A DNA stretch of 64,000 bases from an uncultured Planctomycetales bacterium (GCA_964489065.1 CAZAXH010000007.1:10672-74671), one strand, 5' to 3'; counted from the stretch's first letter, positions 19,090-30,311 are shown. The notes: generated by a model from the letters alone, not told the origin. Numbers and translations are program-made.

Positions 19090-20490
19090 TCACGCCCCCG
19101 GCTCAACAGGGTGTGTCATATCTTCCGGACGGATAAGGGTGTCAAATTCGGCTTCGGTGAGATACCCTGATTCGGCCGCTGCGGCACGCAATGTTTTATT
19201 CTCTTCGAAAGCCTTCCGGGCGATCCGGGCCGCCTTGTCATAACCGATATGCGGGGTCAAGGCGGTAACCAGCATGAGCGACTGCTCCACATGACGCTGT
19301 ATTCTCTCGGCATGAATCGAGAGGCCTTCCACGCAATACCGGGTGAAATGCCGGACCGCGTCAGAGAGCAATTGGATGGACTGCAACACGTTAAAAATAA
19401 TAACCGGTTTGCAAACGTTAAGCTGAAAATTCCCGCTGGCTCCGGCGAAGGCCACGGTGGTGTCGTTGCCCACGACCTGCATGCAGACCATCAGCAGGGC
19501 CTCGGCCTGCGTGGGATTGACTTTCCCCGGCATAATGGAACTTCCCGGCTCATTGGCCGGCAGCCGGAGCTCGCCGATGCCACACCGCGGTCCGGAACCA
19601 AGCCACCGGATATCGTTGGCGATTTTGATCAGGGAAACCGCGATAATTTTCAGGACCCCGCTTAATTCAACCAAAGCATCGTGAGCCGCGATCGCCTCAA
19701 ATTTATTACGGGCGCTCACAAAAGGATATCCGGTCAGTTCTGCCAGCCTGGCCACCGCCTTCTCCGCGAACCCGGCCGGTGTGTTGAGTCCCGTCCCGAC
19801 CGCGGTCGCCCCCAGAGCCACTTCATACAGCCGGGGGAGCACGGCCTGAATCCTCTCCAGTCCGTTGGTGATCTGCTGAAAGAAACCGCTGAATTCCTGT
19901 CCCAGGGTTAAAGGCGTCGCGTCCATAAGGTGCGTTCGCCCGATTTTCACCACGTCCTTCCATTCTCCGGCCTTCTGCGCCAACGGCTCCTCCAGTCCCT
20001 TAAGGGCAGGAATCAGCCCCTCCTGGAGGGCGGTCACCGCGGCAATATGCATAGCCGTCGGGAAGACATCGTTGGAGGACTGGGACATATTCACATGATC
20101 ATTGGGGTGAACGGGGTGTTTGCTGCCGATGACCCCTCCGGCCAGTTCTATCGCCCGGTTGGCAATGACTTCATTCACGTTCATATTGGAGTGCGTGCCG
20201 CTCCCGGTCTGCCAAATTCTTAAAGGGAAATGATCTAACAGAAACCCATCGATCACTTCCTCGGCCGCCTGGACAATATATTCGCAAATTTTTGCATCCA
20301 GCCTGCCGCAATCAGCATTGGTCAGCGCGCAGGCTTTTTTAATAATCGCCAGGGACCGGATCATCCCCAACGGCATCACTTCGCTGCCGATGTCGAAATG
20401 GGTGGCCGAACGCGCGGTCTGCGCTCCATAATAAACATGCGCCGGCACCGGAATTTCACCCAGGCTGTCTGATTCCATTCTGTAATCCAT
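19090..20490 (-). CDS. fumC: Fumarate hydratase class II
   Basis: Fumarate lyase signature [16 protein letters not shown] and the overall FumC N-terminus. Confidence 0.9.
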   Translation of the reverse strand: MDYRMESDSLGEIPVPAHVYYGAQTARSATHFDIGSEVMPLGMIRSLAIIKKACALTNADCGRLDAKICEYIVQAAEEVIDGFLLDHFPLRIWQTGSGTHSNMNVNEVIANRAIELAGGVIGSKHPVHPNDHVNMSQSSNDVFPTAMHIAAVTALQEGLIPALKGLEEPLAQKAGEWKDVVKIGRTHLMDATPLTLGQEFSGFFQQITNGLERIQAVLPRLYEVALGATAVGTGLNTPAGFAEKAVARLAELTGYPFVSARNKFEAIAAHDALVELSGVLKIIAVSLIKIANDIRWLGSGPRCGIGELRLPANEPGSSIMPGKVNPTQAEALLMVCMQVVGNDTTVAFAGASGNFQLNVCKPVIIFNVLQSIQLLSDAVRHFTRYCVEGLSIHAERIQRHVEQSLMLVTALTPHIGYDKAARIARKAFEENKTLRAAAAESGYLTEAEFDTLIRPEDMTHPVEPGA

Positions 20491-20499
20491 AAAAAACCT

Positions 20500-21243
20500 T
20501 TACTCTTTCTGCAGGAACATTGATTTAATCAGGTCGATCGGGATCGGGAATAACGTTGTTGTATTTTTATCGCTGCCGATCTCCACCAGTGTCTGAAGAT
20601 ACCGCAACTGCAACGCCATGGGGCTCCTCTGCATCCGCTCGGCGGCCTGGCAGAGCTTTTCCGCTGCCTGAAACTCGCCTTCCGCCGAAATAATCTTCGC
20701 CCGGCGTTCCCGTTCCGCTTCCGCCTGGCGCGCCATAGCCCGCCTCAATTCCTCGGAAATATCCACATGCTTGACTTCCACATTGGTCACCTTGATCCCC
20801 CAAGGATCGGTCTGTTTATCCAGAATCGTCTGCAGGCTGTCGTTAATTTTTTCCCTTTGGGCCAGGATTTCGTCTAGATCCATTTCCCCGACCACGCTCC
20901 GAAGTGTGGTCTGCGCCATCTGGGATGTCGCGTATTGATAATTTTGAACCTCAATGATCGCCTTGATCGGGTCCATGACCCGGAAATACACCACCGCGTT
21001 CACTTTAACCGAAACATTATCCTTGGTGATCACATCCTGGGGCGGGACGTCCAGGGTCACCAAACGCAGGCTCAGCACAACACCGGTTTCAATAGGAAAA
21101 AAGATAAAAACCAAACCCGGGCCGCGGGGCGCGTCCACGATTTTTCCAAGACGGAATATAACAACGCGTTCGTATTCCTTAATGATCTTCACGCTGTTCA
21201 TCAACCACCAGGCCAGAATAACCAGAGAGCCTATAAACCACAT
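20500..21243 (-). CDS. SPFH/band-7 (stomatin/prohibitin-like) membrane protein
   Basis: N-terminal TM helix, SPFH domain, C-terminal coiled-coil ([20 protein letters not shown]). Confidence 0.85.
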   Translation of the reverse strand: MWFIGSLVILAWWLMNSVKIIKEYERVVIFRLGKIVDAPRGPGLVFIFFPIETGVVLSLRLVTLDVPPQDVITKDNVSVKVNAVVYFRVMDPIKAIIEVQNYQYATSQMAQTTLRSVVGEMDLDEILAQREKINDSLQTILDKQTDPWGIKVTNVEVKHVDISEELRRAMARQAEAERERRAKIISAEGEFQAAEKLCQAAERMQRSPMALQLRYLQTLVEIGSDKNTTTLFPIPIDLIKSMFLQKE

Positions 21244-21277
21244 ATCCCGCTCCTTTCATAAAGCTGCTTATTTTCTA

Positions 21278-22807
21278 TTAACCTTTAAGGGATTTTTTGA
21301 CCTTGAGCGTCAGTCCATTGATCGCCACAACGGTGATTTTATCCCCGCAAGAGAGCGTCTCGTCAGTCACCGCGTTCCAGAGTTCCCCGTGGACAAAAAC
21401 TTTTCCGTCCATGCCTGGGCCAAAATCTTTTTTTGCCACTCCCGGGAGACCCACCATCCCCTCCGGCCCGGACACCGGTTTCTGCCTTAAAGACTTGATC
21501 GCCAGTCTTAACAGAAATGACGTTATCAACGCAGTCGTGCCGAGGATAGAAATGATAATAGGTATGGAAATACGCATAATCGGGTCGGATCTGTCAAATA
21601 AAAGCAACGACCCCAGGAACAGACACACACACCCGCCTATCGTCATAACCCCGAATCCCGGTACAAAGCTTTCCGCGACCAGGAACCCGAGCCCTACAAA
21701 AATTAATGCCAGCCCGGCGTAATTCGTAGGGAGCATCTGCATGCTAAAAAAGGACAAAATCAGAAAGATTGCGCCCAGAATACCCGGAACCCCAAAGCCG
21801 GGACTCGTGATCTCGTAAAGAAGGCTGAGAAAACCAAAAATGAGAAGAAGATAGGCGATATTGGGATTAGCAAGGATATTATAAAACCGCTGACGAACGC
21901 TCATGTCCACGCCGACAACCTCGGCCCGGGCCGTCTTCAGGGTGACGTCCACCCCCCGCACTTGAACCGTCTTCCCATCGATCTGTCTTAATAAATCCCC
22001 AACATCCTGGGCCACGATGTTCACGACATTCTTTTGCAGGGCTTCTGTTTCCGTGATGGACAGGCTTTTGGTCACACTCTTGACCGCCCATTCTTCACTC
22101 CGGTGGCGGAGATGGGAGAGCGCCCGGATAAACGCCACGGTATCCTGGAGGATTTTGGTGTTAAGCGCGTCGTTATCCGGGGCATATTCGAGGTCAGGAG
22201 CCCCGGCAGCAGGCGTCTGCCCCCCTGCTTCGTCGGCTCCATCGGTCAAAGGAAAACTTTTCTCCGCGCCGTCCTCCGTCCCGGAGGGATCAGGATCACC
22301 CGCCTGTTTTTCGGAATCCGAAGACAGTTTCTCTTCAATATCTTTCAGCAGGTCCCTGATCTCTTGCCAGGAACCGCCTTTCTGCCCGCCCATCTGAATA
22401 GGATGCGCGGCCCCAATATTGGTGGAAGGAGCCATGGCCGCGATATGCGCGGCGTAAGTGATAAAGACCCCAGCAGAGCCCGCGCGGGACCCTCCGGGGG
22501 AAATATACACCACCACCGGGACCTCGGCGGAAAGTATGTGCTTGACAATCTGCCGGGTCGAGGACAGCAAGCCCCCCGGCGTATCAAGTTCAATGATCAA
22601 ACACTGGGCGTTCTTTTCCGCAGCCAGATCAATGCTTTTTAATATATATTCCGCGGTGATCGGGTTAATCGCATCATCATTAAGCCGGATGCGGTACACG
22701 CGTTCCCCCGCGGCTTCGGCCTGTCCGGGAGGCAGCAACGGCATTCCGCCGGAAAGGCCGGCCAGCAAAACTGCAATCGCAAATAAGCGCACTAATAACG
22801 ATTTCAT
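21278..22807 (-). CDS. NfeD-like membrane-bound ClpP-class serine protease (stomatin operon partner)
   Basis: ClpP-like fold with catalytic-serine context (GGSRAGSAG). C-terminal TM helices plus an OB-fold. It lies directly upstream of the SPFH gene. It contains an acidic, low-complexity insertion (SDSEKQAGDPDPSGTEDGAE...). Confidence 0.8.
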   Translation of the reverse strand: MKSLLVRLFAIAVLLAGLSGGMPLLPPGQAEAAGERVYRIRLNDDAINPITAEYILKSIDLAAEKNAQCLIIELDTPGGLLSSTRQIVKHILSAEVPVVVYISPGGSRAGSAGVFITYAAHIAAMAPSTNIGAAHPIQMGGQKGGSWQEIRDLLKDIEEKLSSDSEKQAGDPDPSGTEDGAEKSFPLTDGADEAGGQTPAAGAPDLEYAPDNDALNTKILQDTVAFIRALSHLRHRSEEWAVKSVTKSLSITETEALQKNVVNIVAQDVGDLLRQIDGKTVQVRGVDVTLKTARAEVVGVDMSVRQRFYNILANPNIAYLLLIFGFLSLLYEITSPGFGVPGILGAIFLILSFFSMQMLPTNYAGLALIFVGLGFLVAESFVPGFGVMTIGGCVCLFLGSLLLFDRSDPIMRISIPIIISILGTTALITSFLLRLAIKSLRQKPVSGPEGMVGLPGVAKKDFGPGMDGKVFVHGELWNAVTDETLSCGDKITVVAINGLTLKVKKSLKG

Positions 22808-24262
22808 TTAATTCCTCTTCAAAAATTCGGTTAAAAGGCGCACCCCCGCTCCCGTAGCGCCGGGCGCGTAGTACAAACGGCCTTTCCCTTCCCGAAAAGC
22901 CGTGCCGGCAATATCAATATGCGCCCAAGGCGTGTCTTCGGTGAACTGGCGCAAAAATTCCGCAGCCGTCATAGTTCCGGCCGCGCCTTTTGAAAAACCC
23001 AGATTCTTAAGATCCGCGACCTGCGACTCAACCGCGTCTTTAATCTCGGGATAATTGGGCAGCCGCCATAACCGGTCATCCGTGATTTCCGAAGCGGCAA
23101 GCAATTTGGCGGCCAGGGTTTCATTATTCGAAACCAGCCCGCTGTAATCATAACCCAAAGCAACCACGCAGGCGCCCGTAAGCGTGGCGATATCAATCAG
23201 GCGATGGGGTTTATAATTCCTGATCACATATGAAATCGCGTCGGCAAGGACCAAACGGCCTTCGGCGTCCGTGTTAGCGACCTCCACGGTTTTCCCGCTG
23301 TAGCTCTTAAAAACATCTCCTGGTTTGCATGAAGACGGGCCGATCGCGTTCTCGGCCAGCCCAAAAGCGAAAATAATGTTTTTCTTTAAACCCAAACTGA
23401 TAACATTTTTAAGGATGCCCAAAAGGGCCGCCGCGCCGCTCATATCACAACGCATGGTTTCCATATGGCCGGACGGTTTAAGGTTCAGCCCGCCGGTATC
23501 AAACGTGATCCCTTTCCCGACCAAAGCCGTGGTTCTGGCATCCCGCGAGGCCCCCCGGTATTTCACAATGATTAATTTAGGCGGATACAGACTGCCTTTA
23601 TTGACCGCCAGGTGCAGGTTGAGTCCTTTTTCTTTCAGTTCCTCTTCATTCAGGATCTTGATACTGGCTTGTTTACACCCCCGGCTCACGGAGAAAACCG
23701 CTTCCTCAAAAGTTTCTGATTGAACCACGTCAGCGTTATCATTAACCAAGTCCCTCGCCAAGGTTACGCCTTCACAGACCATGACCGCTTCGGCAAAGGA
23801 TTTTTTCTCCTTCACCACCAGGAACACCTTCCTGTCTCTCGGCGGGCACTCGCCGTTCTTAACGCTTCGGTATTTATCCCATGTATATGTCCCGATTAAA
23901 ACACCTTCAATAACCGCAATGATTTCCGCGTCTTCCGCGAAAAACGCCGCTAGTTCTACCTCCCGGACCGTTTTGATAAATTCAGATGCCAGGGCCTGGC
24001 GGACCGCCACCCGCAAGGTCGTGAGAAAGCCGGGGGCTTTAGCCCCTAAACCGACAAACAGGACGATCCGGTTCTTCTGGACAACCGGAAAAAGTTCCCC
24101 TTTCTCCGCTTTAAAGACCTGGCCCTGGGTTAAGGAAGCAAGCGCGGACTTCAATTCGCCGGGCAGTTGGCTCAGCCAGGTTTTCTGTTCGATTTGATCT
24201 TTGCCGACCAAAACCAGAAGGGCCGGCTTATCCATTAATAATTTAGAACAAAATTCAATCAT
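22808..24262 (-). CDS. pepA: Leucyl aminopeptidase (M17)
   Basis: M17 signature NTDAEGRLVLADA and surrounding conserved blocks. Confidence 0.85.
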   Translation of the reverse strand: MIEFCSKLLMDKPALLVLVGKDQIEQKTWLSQLPGELKSALASLTQGQVFKAEKGELFPVVQKNRIVLFVGLGAKAPGFLTTLRVAVRQALASEFIKTVREVELAAFFAEDAEIIAVIEGVLIGTYTWDKYRSVKNGECPPRDRKVFLVVKEKKSFAEAVMVCEGVTLARDLVNDNADVVQSETFEEAVFSVSRGCKQASIKILNEEELKEKGLNLHLAVNKGSLYPPKLIIVKYRGASRDARTTALVGKGITFDTGGLNLKPSGHMETMRCDMSGAAALLGILKNVISLGLKKNIIFAFGLAENAIGPSSCKPGDVFKSYSGKTVEVANTDAEGRLVLADAISYVIRNYKPHRLIDIATLTGACVVALGYDYSGLVSNNETLAAKLLAASEITDDRLWRLPNYPEIKDAVESQVADLKNLGFSKGAAGTMTAAEFLRQFTEDTPWAHIDIAGTAFREGKGRLYYAPGATGAGVRLLTEFLKRN

Positions 24263-24295
24263 AAAAAATAATCCTTTCCGATGGCGATTCCGTTA

Positions 24296-25585
24296 TTAAC
24301 GCTGGTCGATGGGAATATATTCCCTCTTATTCGCTCCGACATAGATCTGCCTAGGCCTGGCAATACGCGTTTCGGGATTCTCAACCATTTCTTTCCAGTG
24401 GGCGATCCATCCCGGCAGACGGCCAATGGCAAACATCACCGGGAACATCGGCGTTGGAATACCGATGGCTTTATAAATCAGGCCGCTGTAAAAATCAACG
24501 TTGGGATAAAGTTTTCTTTCCGCAAAATAATCATCTTTCAACGCCTTCTCTTCAAGCCTTACAGCCAAATCCAGCAAAGGGTCATGCCGCTCTAAAGTGT
24601 TCAGCAAGGCATGGGTCTCCGTCTTAATAATCTTGGCCCGGGGGTCATAATTTTTATAAACCCGATGGCCGAATCCCATAAGCCGGAACTTACTGTTGGG
24701 GTCCTTGGCCTTCGCGATATATTTGTCCACATCCCCGCCGTCAGCGGAGATCATTTCCAGCATCTCAACCACTTTCTGGTTGGCGCCGCCATGCAGAGGC
24801 CCCCAAAGCGCAGAGACACCGGCAGAAACCGAAGCGAACAGGTTGGCCCCGGAACTGCCGACCATCCGTACCGTCGAAGTGCTGCAATTCTGCTCATGGT
24901 CGGCATGAAGCAGGAAAAGCATCTTCAGGGTGTTCACAACGGTTTGATTAATTTTGTATTCATGGGTCGGCGTGGAAAACATCATATGTAAAAAATTTGC
25001 CACATATTCCAACTCTTCCTTGGCGTACATAAACGGCTCGCCCACTGTTTTCTTGTACGTGCAAGCCACAATCGTCCGAACCTTGGCCATCAGTTCAATG
25101 GCGCTCAATTCAATGTCTTCCGGCCTAGGATCCGGCTTAATCAATTCCGGGTAATAGACAGACAGCGCGCAAATCATCGCCGAAAGCATGGCCATAGGGT
25201 GGCCTGTTGCCGGATAGCCGCCAAAAAATTTCTTCATGTCCTCATGAAGATTGGCATTTTTGGTAAAAGCCTGGGAATAACGGCTCAGCTCGGCCCGGGA
25301 TGGCAGCTCCCCGTTAATAAGGAGATACGCGGTTTCCACAAAGGAAGCCTTCTCGGCCAGTTGTTCGATCGGATAACCCCGGTAGCGCAAGATGCCTTTA
25401 TCCCCGTCTATATAAGTAATCGCGCTTCGGCAGGAACCCGTGCTGGCGAACCCGGGATCAACGGTAATATAACCGGTTTCCTGGCGCAATTTGGAAATCA
25501 CAAAACCATGCTCGCCTTCCGTGCCAACCACCACCGGGAGTTCAATCGTCTTATCATCAATCACAAGTTTAACTTTTTCTGACAT
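24296..25585 (-). CDS. gltA: Citrate synthase
   Basis: GFGHRVYKNYDPRA signature and full-length similarity of conserved blocks. Confidence 0.9.
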   Translation of the reverse strand: MSEKVKLVIDDKTIELPVVVGTEGEHGFVISKLRQETGYITVDPGFASTGSCRSAITYIDGDKGILRYRGYPIEQLAEKASFVETAYLLINGELPSRAELSRYSQAFTKNANLHEDMKKFFGGYPATGHPMAMLSAMICALSVYYPELIKPDPRPEDIELSAIELMAKVRTIVACTYKKTVGEPFMYAKEELEYVANFLHMMFSTPTHEYKINQTVVNTLKMLFLLHADHEQNCSTSTVRMVGSSGANLFASVSAGVSALWGPLHGGANQKVVEMLEMISADGGDVDKYIAKAKDPNSKFRLMGFGHRVYKNYDPRAKIIKTETHALLNTLERHDPLLDLAVRLEEKALKDDYFAERKLYPNVDFYSGLIYKAIGIPTPMFPVMFAIGRLPGWIAHWKEMVENPETRIARPRQIYVGANKREYIPIDQR

Positions 25586-25698
25586 GGCAAGCCCCCTCTT
25601 CTTTTTGAAATAAATTATTGCAAGATATTATATTATAATCACTTTGCATTTGCAACTCTCTAAAGGGGATAGAAGGAAAAGGATAAGCAGGAAGAAAA

Positions 25699-26100
25699 TT
25701 AATCCTGATCGGATTTTTCCAGGACAGACGCCAATTTCGTCAATAAAACATTAGCATCTATGGGTTTAAGGATATAATCATCACAGCCTTTCTCATAGGC
25801 TTCCAGGAAACGTTTTTCATAAGCCGTGACAATAATGATAGGAATCCCGTCCCCCAAGGCAATTCCGGCATTTTTTTCACTTTCTCGGATTTTTTCAAGA
25901 ATTTCCAGCCCGTTAATCTCCGGGAGTTCGATATCCAACAGAATAAGGCTGTATTGGTCCCCTCGCTGCAGGGATAAATTATACGCGTCAATGGCTTCCT
26001 TCCCGCTGGCCGCGAAATCACATTCCGCAACTTCTCTTAAAATTTCGGCCAGCAATTGCCTGTTTTCAAAATTATCGTCCACAATGAGGATTTTATGCAT
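25699..26100 (-). CDS. Response regulator, receiver domain only (CheY-like)
   Basis: ILIVDD...LILLDIELP...KP receiver motifs. 133 aa. Confidence 0.85.
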   Translation of the reverse strand: MHKILIVDDNFENRQLLAEILREVAECDFAASGKEAIDAYNLSLQRGDQYSLILLDIELPEINGLEILEKIRESEKNAGIALGDGIPIIIVTAYEKRFLEAYEKGCDDYILKPIDANVLLTKLASVLEKSDQD

Positions 26101-26134
26101 TATGATCTCCCGGACACGTTATTATACCAACATC

Positions 26135-26506
26135 CTAAGGCGTTTTATTGATATATTCCGAAAATTTCTCGGATTCTCCTTTAAGCAAAACAAGATATTC
26201 AGCCAGCTTCACGGGGTCGGCCAGCCCCTTGACTTCAACGTGCATCAAGTTTTCCGCTTCATTAATACTGACCAGCCTTAAATTACTGGCGGTCCCCTTG
26301 ATCTCGTGCAGGATCCTTCGCATGGTTTCCTTATCCATGACCTGCAACGCGGCCTCCAAGTCCGCTATTTTTTCCTTAAGCGTCCCGGAAAAACTCTTGA
26401 CGATACGCAGATAAATATCCGGACGGATCTTTAAATCCGCGCTGATGCGTTCCGCATCAAGCTGAAATGGCTCATTCATGATGTCTCTATTCTCATTCAA
26501 CGGCAT
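26135..26506 (-). CDS. Hpt (histidine phosphotransfer) domain protein
   Basis: LHEIKGTASNL motif typical of the Hpt phospho-accepting His helix. About 120 aa, all-helical composition. Confidence 0.6.
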   Translation of the reverse strand: MPLNENRDIMNEPFQLDAERISADLKIRPDIYLRIVKSFSGTLKEKIADLEAALQVMDKETMRRILHEIKGTASNLRLVSINEAENLMHVEVKGLADPVKLAEYLVLLKGESEKFSEYINKTP

Positions 26507-26853
26507 TCCGGGCCGGCATTTTCACAAAACTGCTTCAGTTCTTTAAAAACCCCTGACAACACCGTGAATAATCCTGATAGTTCCGCCTGATTAATATTGC
26601 CTGATTTCACCATAACATTCATGGTACGCGCGACGGACGAAAGATCCGTGATGCGCATGTTGTCATAATCGCCTTTTAACCGGTGGGAGAGTTTCTGGAC
26701 CGTATCCCAGTCTTCCCCGTTCAGCGCCTTTCCCAAGGCGGCGATATCCGTGGTCGTCTGGACCACGGCCTTATTTAAAATCCGCAAATAAATATCCCGC
26801 CCGATTTTCAGCTGTTCACAATTTTTGTCCACATTGATCACTAGCCCCATCAC
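26497..26853 (-). CDS. Hpt domain protein (second, divergent)
   Basis: SHRLKGDYDNM motif. Similar size to the adjacent Hpt protein and overlaps its gene. Confidence 0.5.
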   Translation of the reverse strand: MMGLVINVDKNCEQLKIGRDIYLRILNKAVVQTTTDIAALGKALNGEDWDTVQKLSHRLKGDYDNMRITDLSSVARTMNVMVKSGNINQAELSGLFTVLSGVFKELKQFCENAGPECR

Positions 26854-26873
26854 GTCCTCCAGAAAAACATTGT

Positions 26874-27461
26874 TTATTTCAGCCGGGGTACCGCGCCCAT
26901 CGTCATATCCATGACCAGCCTTTTAACATTTTCTATTTCAAAAACAAGTTCCACCATGTCGAATTCATTATAACAAAAATCCACTCCGGCAAACGCGGAA
27001 TTGCGGTAATTCGTAAAATGGGACATTTCAAGCTCAATATAACCGGCGGACGAAATCTCGGATTTGAACCGGCCGGATATAATATTGCAAAGCGTTCCGC
27101 AGGAATCCTGCATAGCAGTCTCACTTTCATCGTCAATCGGAGGATACTTCAAAAGCTTCATCATCTTGGCAATATAATCCTGCTGGACATAAATGATCAA
27201 CGCGCCCAGCGTCTTTTTTTGAGCCATGTCTTTCTCGCTGGCATAAAAGTTAACGGCGGAAACATAGGTCGGCTCGTTGTCATATTTTTCCATCCCATCC
27301 GCCCGCATTCTCCCTTCGGACTCAATAATCTTTCTCCGGGTCTTCACCGGCTCTTTGGAAAAATGCACGTCGCCCCGCTCGTTAAACAAAGCCACAGTCC
27401 CCTGCTCCAGGAGGTCGGCAAATTTATCCAACTCTTTATTCTTTTTTCCAAGGAAGAACAA
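26874..27461 (-). CDS. Hypothetical protein, possibly CheX/CheC-like phosphatase fold
   Basis: Coding-like and in-operon with the phosphorelay genes. Weak resemblance (DSCGTLCNIISG) to CheX-family motifs only. Confidence 0.3.
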   Translation of the reverse strand: MFFLGKKNKELDKFADLLEQGTVALFNERGDVHFSKEPVKTRRKIIESEGRMRADGMEKYDNEPTYVSAVNFYASEKDMAQKKTLGALIIYVQQDYIAKMMKLLKYPPIDDESETAMQDSCGTLCNIISGRFKSEISSAGYIELEMSHFTNYRNSAFAGVDFCYNEFDMVELVFEIENVKRLVMDMTMGAVPRLK

Positions 27462-27482
27462 AACTCACATCCTTTCAAGAAA

Positions 27483-27893
27483 TCAACCCGTCGTTTTTAA
27501 CTGCACGAATGGATAAATAACATCAAGCAAAGATTCCGGGGTGTACGGCTTCACAACATAACCGACGAGGTTCGGATTAACCGCCCAGGCCTTTTTTTTA
27601 TTCTCATCCGTCCCGGAAGCAGTCACCATGATGATCGCTTTATTAGCCACCTGCGGCACTTTAACCACCGCCTCCATAAATTCCATCCCCGACATGCGGG
27701 GCATCTGCCAATCCAAGAGAATCAGCCCCACTTCTTTATAGTGCGTCCCCAAAATCTCGATCGCCTCTTCTCCTGTCCTGGCCTGCAGAAAATTATTCTG
27801 GACCCCGGCTCCCTTAAGGACCTCAATTAACAATTCCCTCTCCAGGTCAGAATCATCCACCACTAAAATTTTGCCATGATTTAATTCTTCCAC
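27483..27893 (-). CDS. Response regulator, receiver domain only
   Basis: ILVVDDS...LILLDWQMP...VVKP receiver motifs. Confidence 0.85.
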   Translation of the reverse strand: MEELNHGKILVVDDSDLERELLIEVLKGAGVQNNFLQARTGEEAIEILGTHYKEVGLILLDWQMPRMSGMEFMEAVVKVPQVANKAIIMVTASGTDENKKKAWAVNPNLVGYVVKPYTPESLLDVIYPFVQLKTTG

Positions 27894-27926
27894 AAGAATA
27901 GTCCTTTGGTTTAAAAATATCCCGCG

Positions 27927-30230
27927 TCACATTTTGGTATTGCGAATAATTTTTTCCTTCAATTCATCCACCCCAAACGGTTTGGGAAGATAATCCGTCA
28001 TCCCGGCTTCCAGGCAACGTTCTTTTTCGTCTTCAAGCTCCGCCGCTGTCAGGGCGACAATGGGCAACTTTCTTTTCAACTCGTTCCGTATAATTTTTGT
28101 CGCTTCGACGCCCCCCATCACCGGCATCTGCAAATCCATAAAACAGATGCTGTAATCATTCTGCCGCAAGAAATCAATCGCTTCTTGGCCGTTCGTCGCG
28201 TAATCACAGGTACACCCCAGCATCTCAAAATGGATTTTTAACAACTCCATATTCGGGACGCTGTCTTCCGCGACCAGAACTTTGATCCCGGAGCAGGAAA
28301 TTTTCTGGATCATCTCATCCGACAAAACACGCGTGGTGTCAACTTTTTCGCCCAGGACACGCTGAAGCACATCCCATAACTCCTCCGGGATAATCGGCTT
28401 CGGCAAAAAGCTGTCAAAGCCGGCATGGGTAAACTCCGCAGACGTTTCCGACTTCACATCCGATGACACCCCAATCAGTTTAATGTTTTTATAGTGTTCC
28501 TGCTGCTTCAGCTTATACGCCAGCATATACGCCTGCTTTTCCGGGAGAAGCAAATCGACAAAAATCAAAACCGGTAACGTCTGTTGCTCTTTTTCCCGCG
28601 ACAACAGCAATTCAGAGGCCTGTTTGGCTGACTGACAGACTGCCAGGACGCTCAGCCGCGCGGCCTCGAACTGGGGAAGATACTGGCGCAAAGACGTTTC
28701 GTGCATGTCAACAATCAAGACTTCGGCTCCGGCATTTTCTTTCAGCACCACCACATCCTCTTTCGGAGGCTGGTCTGCGGCCTCATCGAAATGAATCGTA
28801 AAAAGGAAACGGCTCCCTTCCCCCAGTTTTGATTCCACCCATATCGCCCCGCCCATGGTTTCCACAAAGGTTTTACAAAGCGCCAACCCCAGGCCGGAAC
28901 CGCCGTAAAGGCGTGTTGTCGAGTCGCTGGCCTGCGTGAACGTCTCAAAGACAGCATCCTGGCGGTCGTCCGGAATCCCTATCCCGGTATCCCGGACGAC
29001 AAATTTAATCGCCTGCCCGGGCACCGCAAACCCATTCTGACTGGCAAGGCTGACCTCCAAGCCGATTTCCCCGTGTTCAGTGAACTTAATCGCGTTATCG
29101 ATCAAATTAATAAAAATCTGTTTCAGGCGGGTAGGGTCCCCCAGAAGGAACCGCGGGACATCCGGAGCGACATTAAAATACAGGTTAATGGGTTTGCTGG
29201 CCAGGCGGGTACGGATAATTTTAAACACCTCTTCGATAACATAATCAAGATGAAACGGAATCTTTTCCAACTTGAGCTTACCGGATTCCACTTTCGAAAA
29301 ATCAAGGATGTCATTCACGATCTCAAGCAACATGCGCCCGCTGACAATAATCGTATTGAGATGCTCATTCTGTTTGCTGTTGAGGCCGCTTTCCTTCAGA
29401 AGATCCGTGAAGCCCATAATGGCGTTGATCAACGTCCGGATTTCATGCGACATATTCGCCAAATATTCACTTTTAGCCCGGGCTTCTTCCTGGGCCTGCT
29501 GAGTCAACTTAATGGCCAGTTCCCGCTCCTTGATAAGTTCCCGTTGCCGCTCATGCAACTTACTCTGTGCCACTTTCAGTTCACGTCCGGTTTCTTCATA
29601 ATCCTGCAAAAGTTTGGAAAGCACGCTCACCTCACACTCGATGCGATCCTGGGCCTGCTCGAGCTGTTGCTTTAATAAAGCGCAGGCTGTCATGTCCGGC
29701 TCAAAGTTAATTTTGGGGATATTCCGGACCACCGGTTTAACCGGGCGGGCGGCCAGGTGGCTTTTACGGATCGTATCCTCAATAGCGGTAATAATACTTC
29801 TCACGTCAAAATATTCGCTTTTCAGTTCCCCGCCGTTGGCGATCTGCTCATCCAGAAGTTCCAACAATTTCTGCAGGGCTTCAATGGCCTGCGTGATCAG
29901 CAGGATCATCTCATTGTCCAGCGGCAAGAGATTCTTGCGGAACTTATCCAACAAGGTTTCCGAAGAGGCGGTGAGCGCGAAAATGTCGTGCAACTCCAAA
30001 AAATCCGCAAGGCCTTTAATGGTATGAAACGTTTTAAATACGTCTTCCACCGCTTCCCGGTCAGACGGGACGGTTTCAAGGATCAACAAGGCGTTCCTCG
30101 CGGCAATGAGATGACGTTGGGCTTCCCGGGAGAAGTCCGTGAGCATCTCTGTCCCTTCCGAGAGGTCCAATTGGGGAACCTGAGGCAGAAATTCTTTTTT
30201 TTCTGCGGTCATGCTAACCGAACTCCACAA
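27927..30230 (-). CDS. Hybrid sensor histidine kinase with N-terminal Hpt domain, coiled coil, HisKA/HATPase core and two C-terminal receiver domains
   Basis: Hpt motif FHTIKGLADFLEL. H-box MSHEIRTLINAIMGF. N, G1 and G2 boxes (DNAIKFT..DTGIGI..GGSGLGL). Receiver motifs (VLVAEDSVPN...CFMDLQMP). No TM segments, so likely cytoplasmic. Confidence 0.85.
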   Translation of the reverse strand: MWSSVSMTAEKKEFLPQVPQLDLSEGTEMLTDFSREAQRHLIAARNALLILETVPSDREAVEDVFKTFHTIKGLADFLELHDIFALTASSETLLDKFRKNLLPLDNEMILLITQAIEALQKLLELLDEQIANGGELKSEYFDVRSIITAIEDTIRKSHLAARPVKPVVRNIPKINFEPDMTACALLKQQLEQAQDRIECEVSVLSKLLQDYEETGRELKVAQSKLHERQRELIKERELAIKLTQQAQEEARAKSEYLANMSHEIRTLINAIMGFTDLLKESGLNSKQNEHLNTIIVSGRMLLEIVNDILDFSKVESGKLKLEKIPFHLDYVIEEVFKIIRTRLASKPINLYFNVAPDVPRFLLGDPTRLKQIFINLIDNAIKFTEHGEIGLEVSLASQNGFAVPGQAIKFVVRDTGIGIPDDRQDAVFETFTQASDSTTRLYGGSGLGLALCKTFVETMGGAIWVESKLGEGSRFLFTIHFDEAADQPPKEDVVVLKENAGAEVLIVDMHETSLRQYLPQFEAARLSVLAVCQSAKQASELLLSREKEQQTLPVLIFVDLLLPEKQAYMLAYKLKQQEHYKNIKLIGVSSDVKSETSAEFTHAGFDSFLPKPIIPEELWDVLQRVLGEKVDTTRVLSDEMIQKISCSGIKVLVAEDSVPNMELLKIHFEMLGCTCDYATNGQEAIDFLRQNDYSICFMDLQMPVMGGVEATKIIRNELKRKLPIVALTAAELEDEKERCLEAGMTDYLPKPFGVDELKEKIIRNTKM

Positions 30231-30311
30231 TGTGTAAATGAAAGAAACTCAAAAATCAATATAGCATCAACTCCTGATAAAAAAAAGCATTGATCATAAT
30301 ATTTACGGATA

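Noticed and set aside
22034-22642. 202-aa plus-strand ORF inside the NfeD gene
   Set aside because: Antisense to the NfeD protease gene. No motif.
29073-30293. Several plus-strand ORFs (200, 137 and 178 aa) inside the hybrid histidine kinase gene
   Set aside because: They are antisense to a gene with H, N, G and receiver boxes. None has a ribosome-binding site or a motif.
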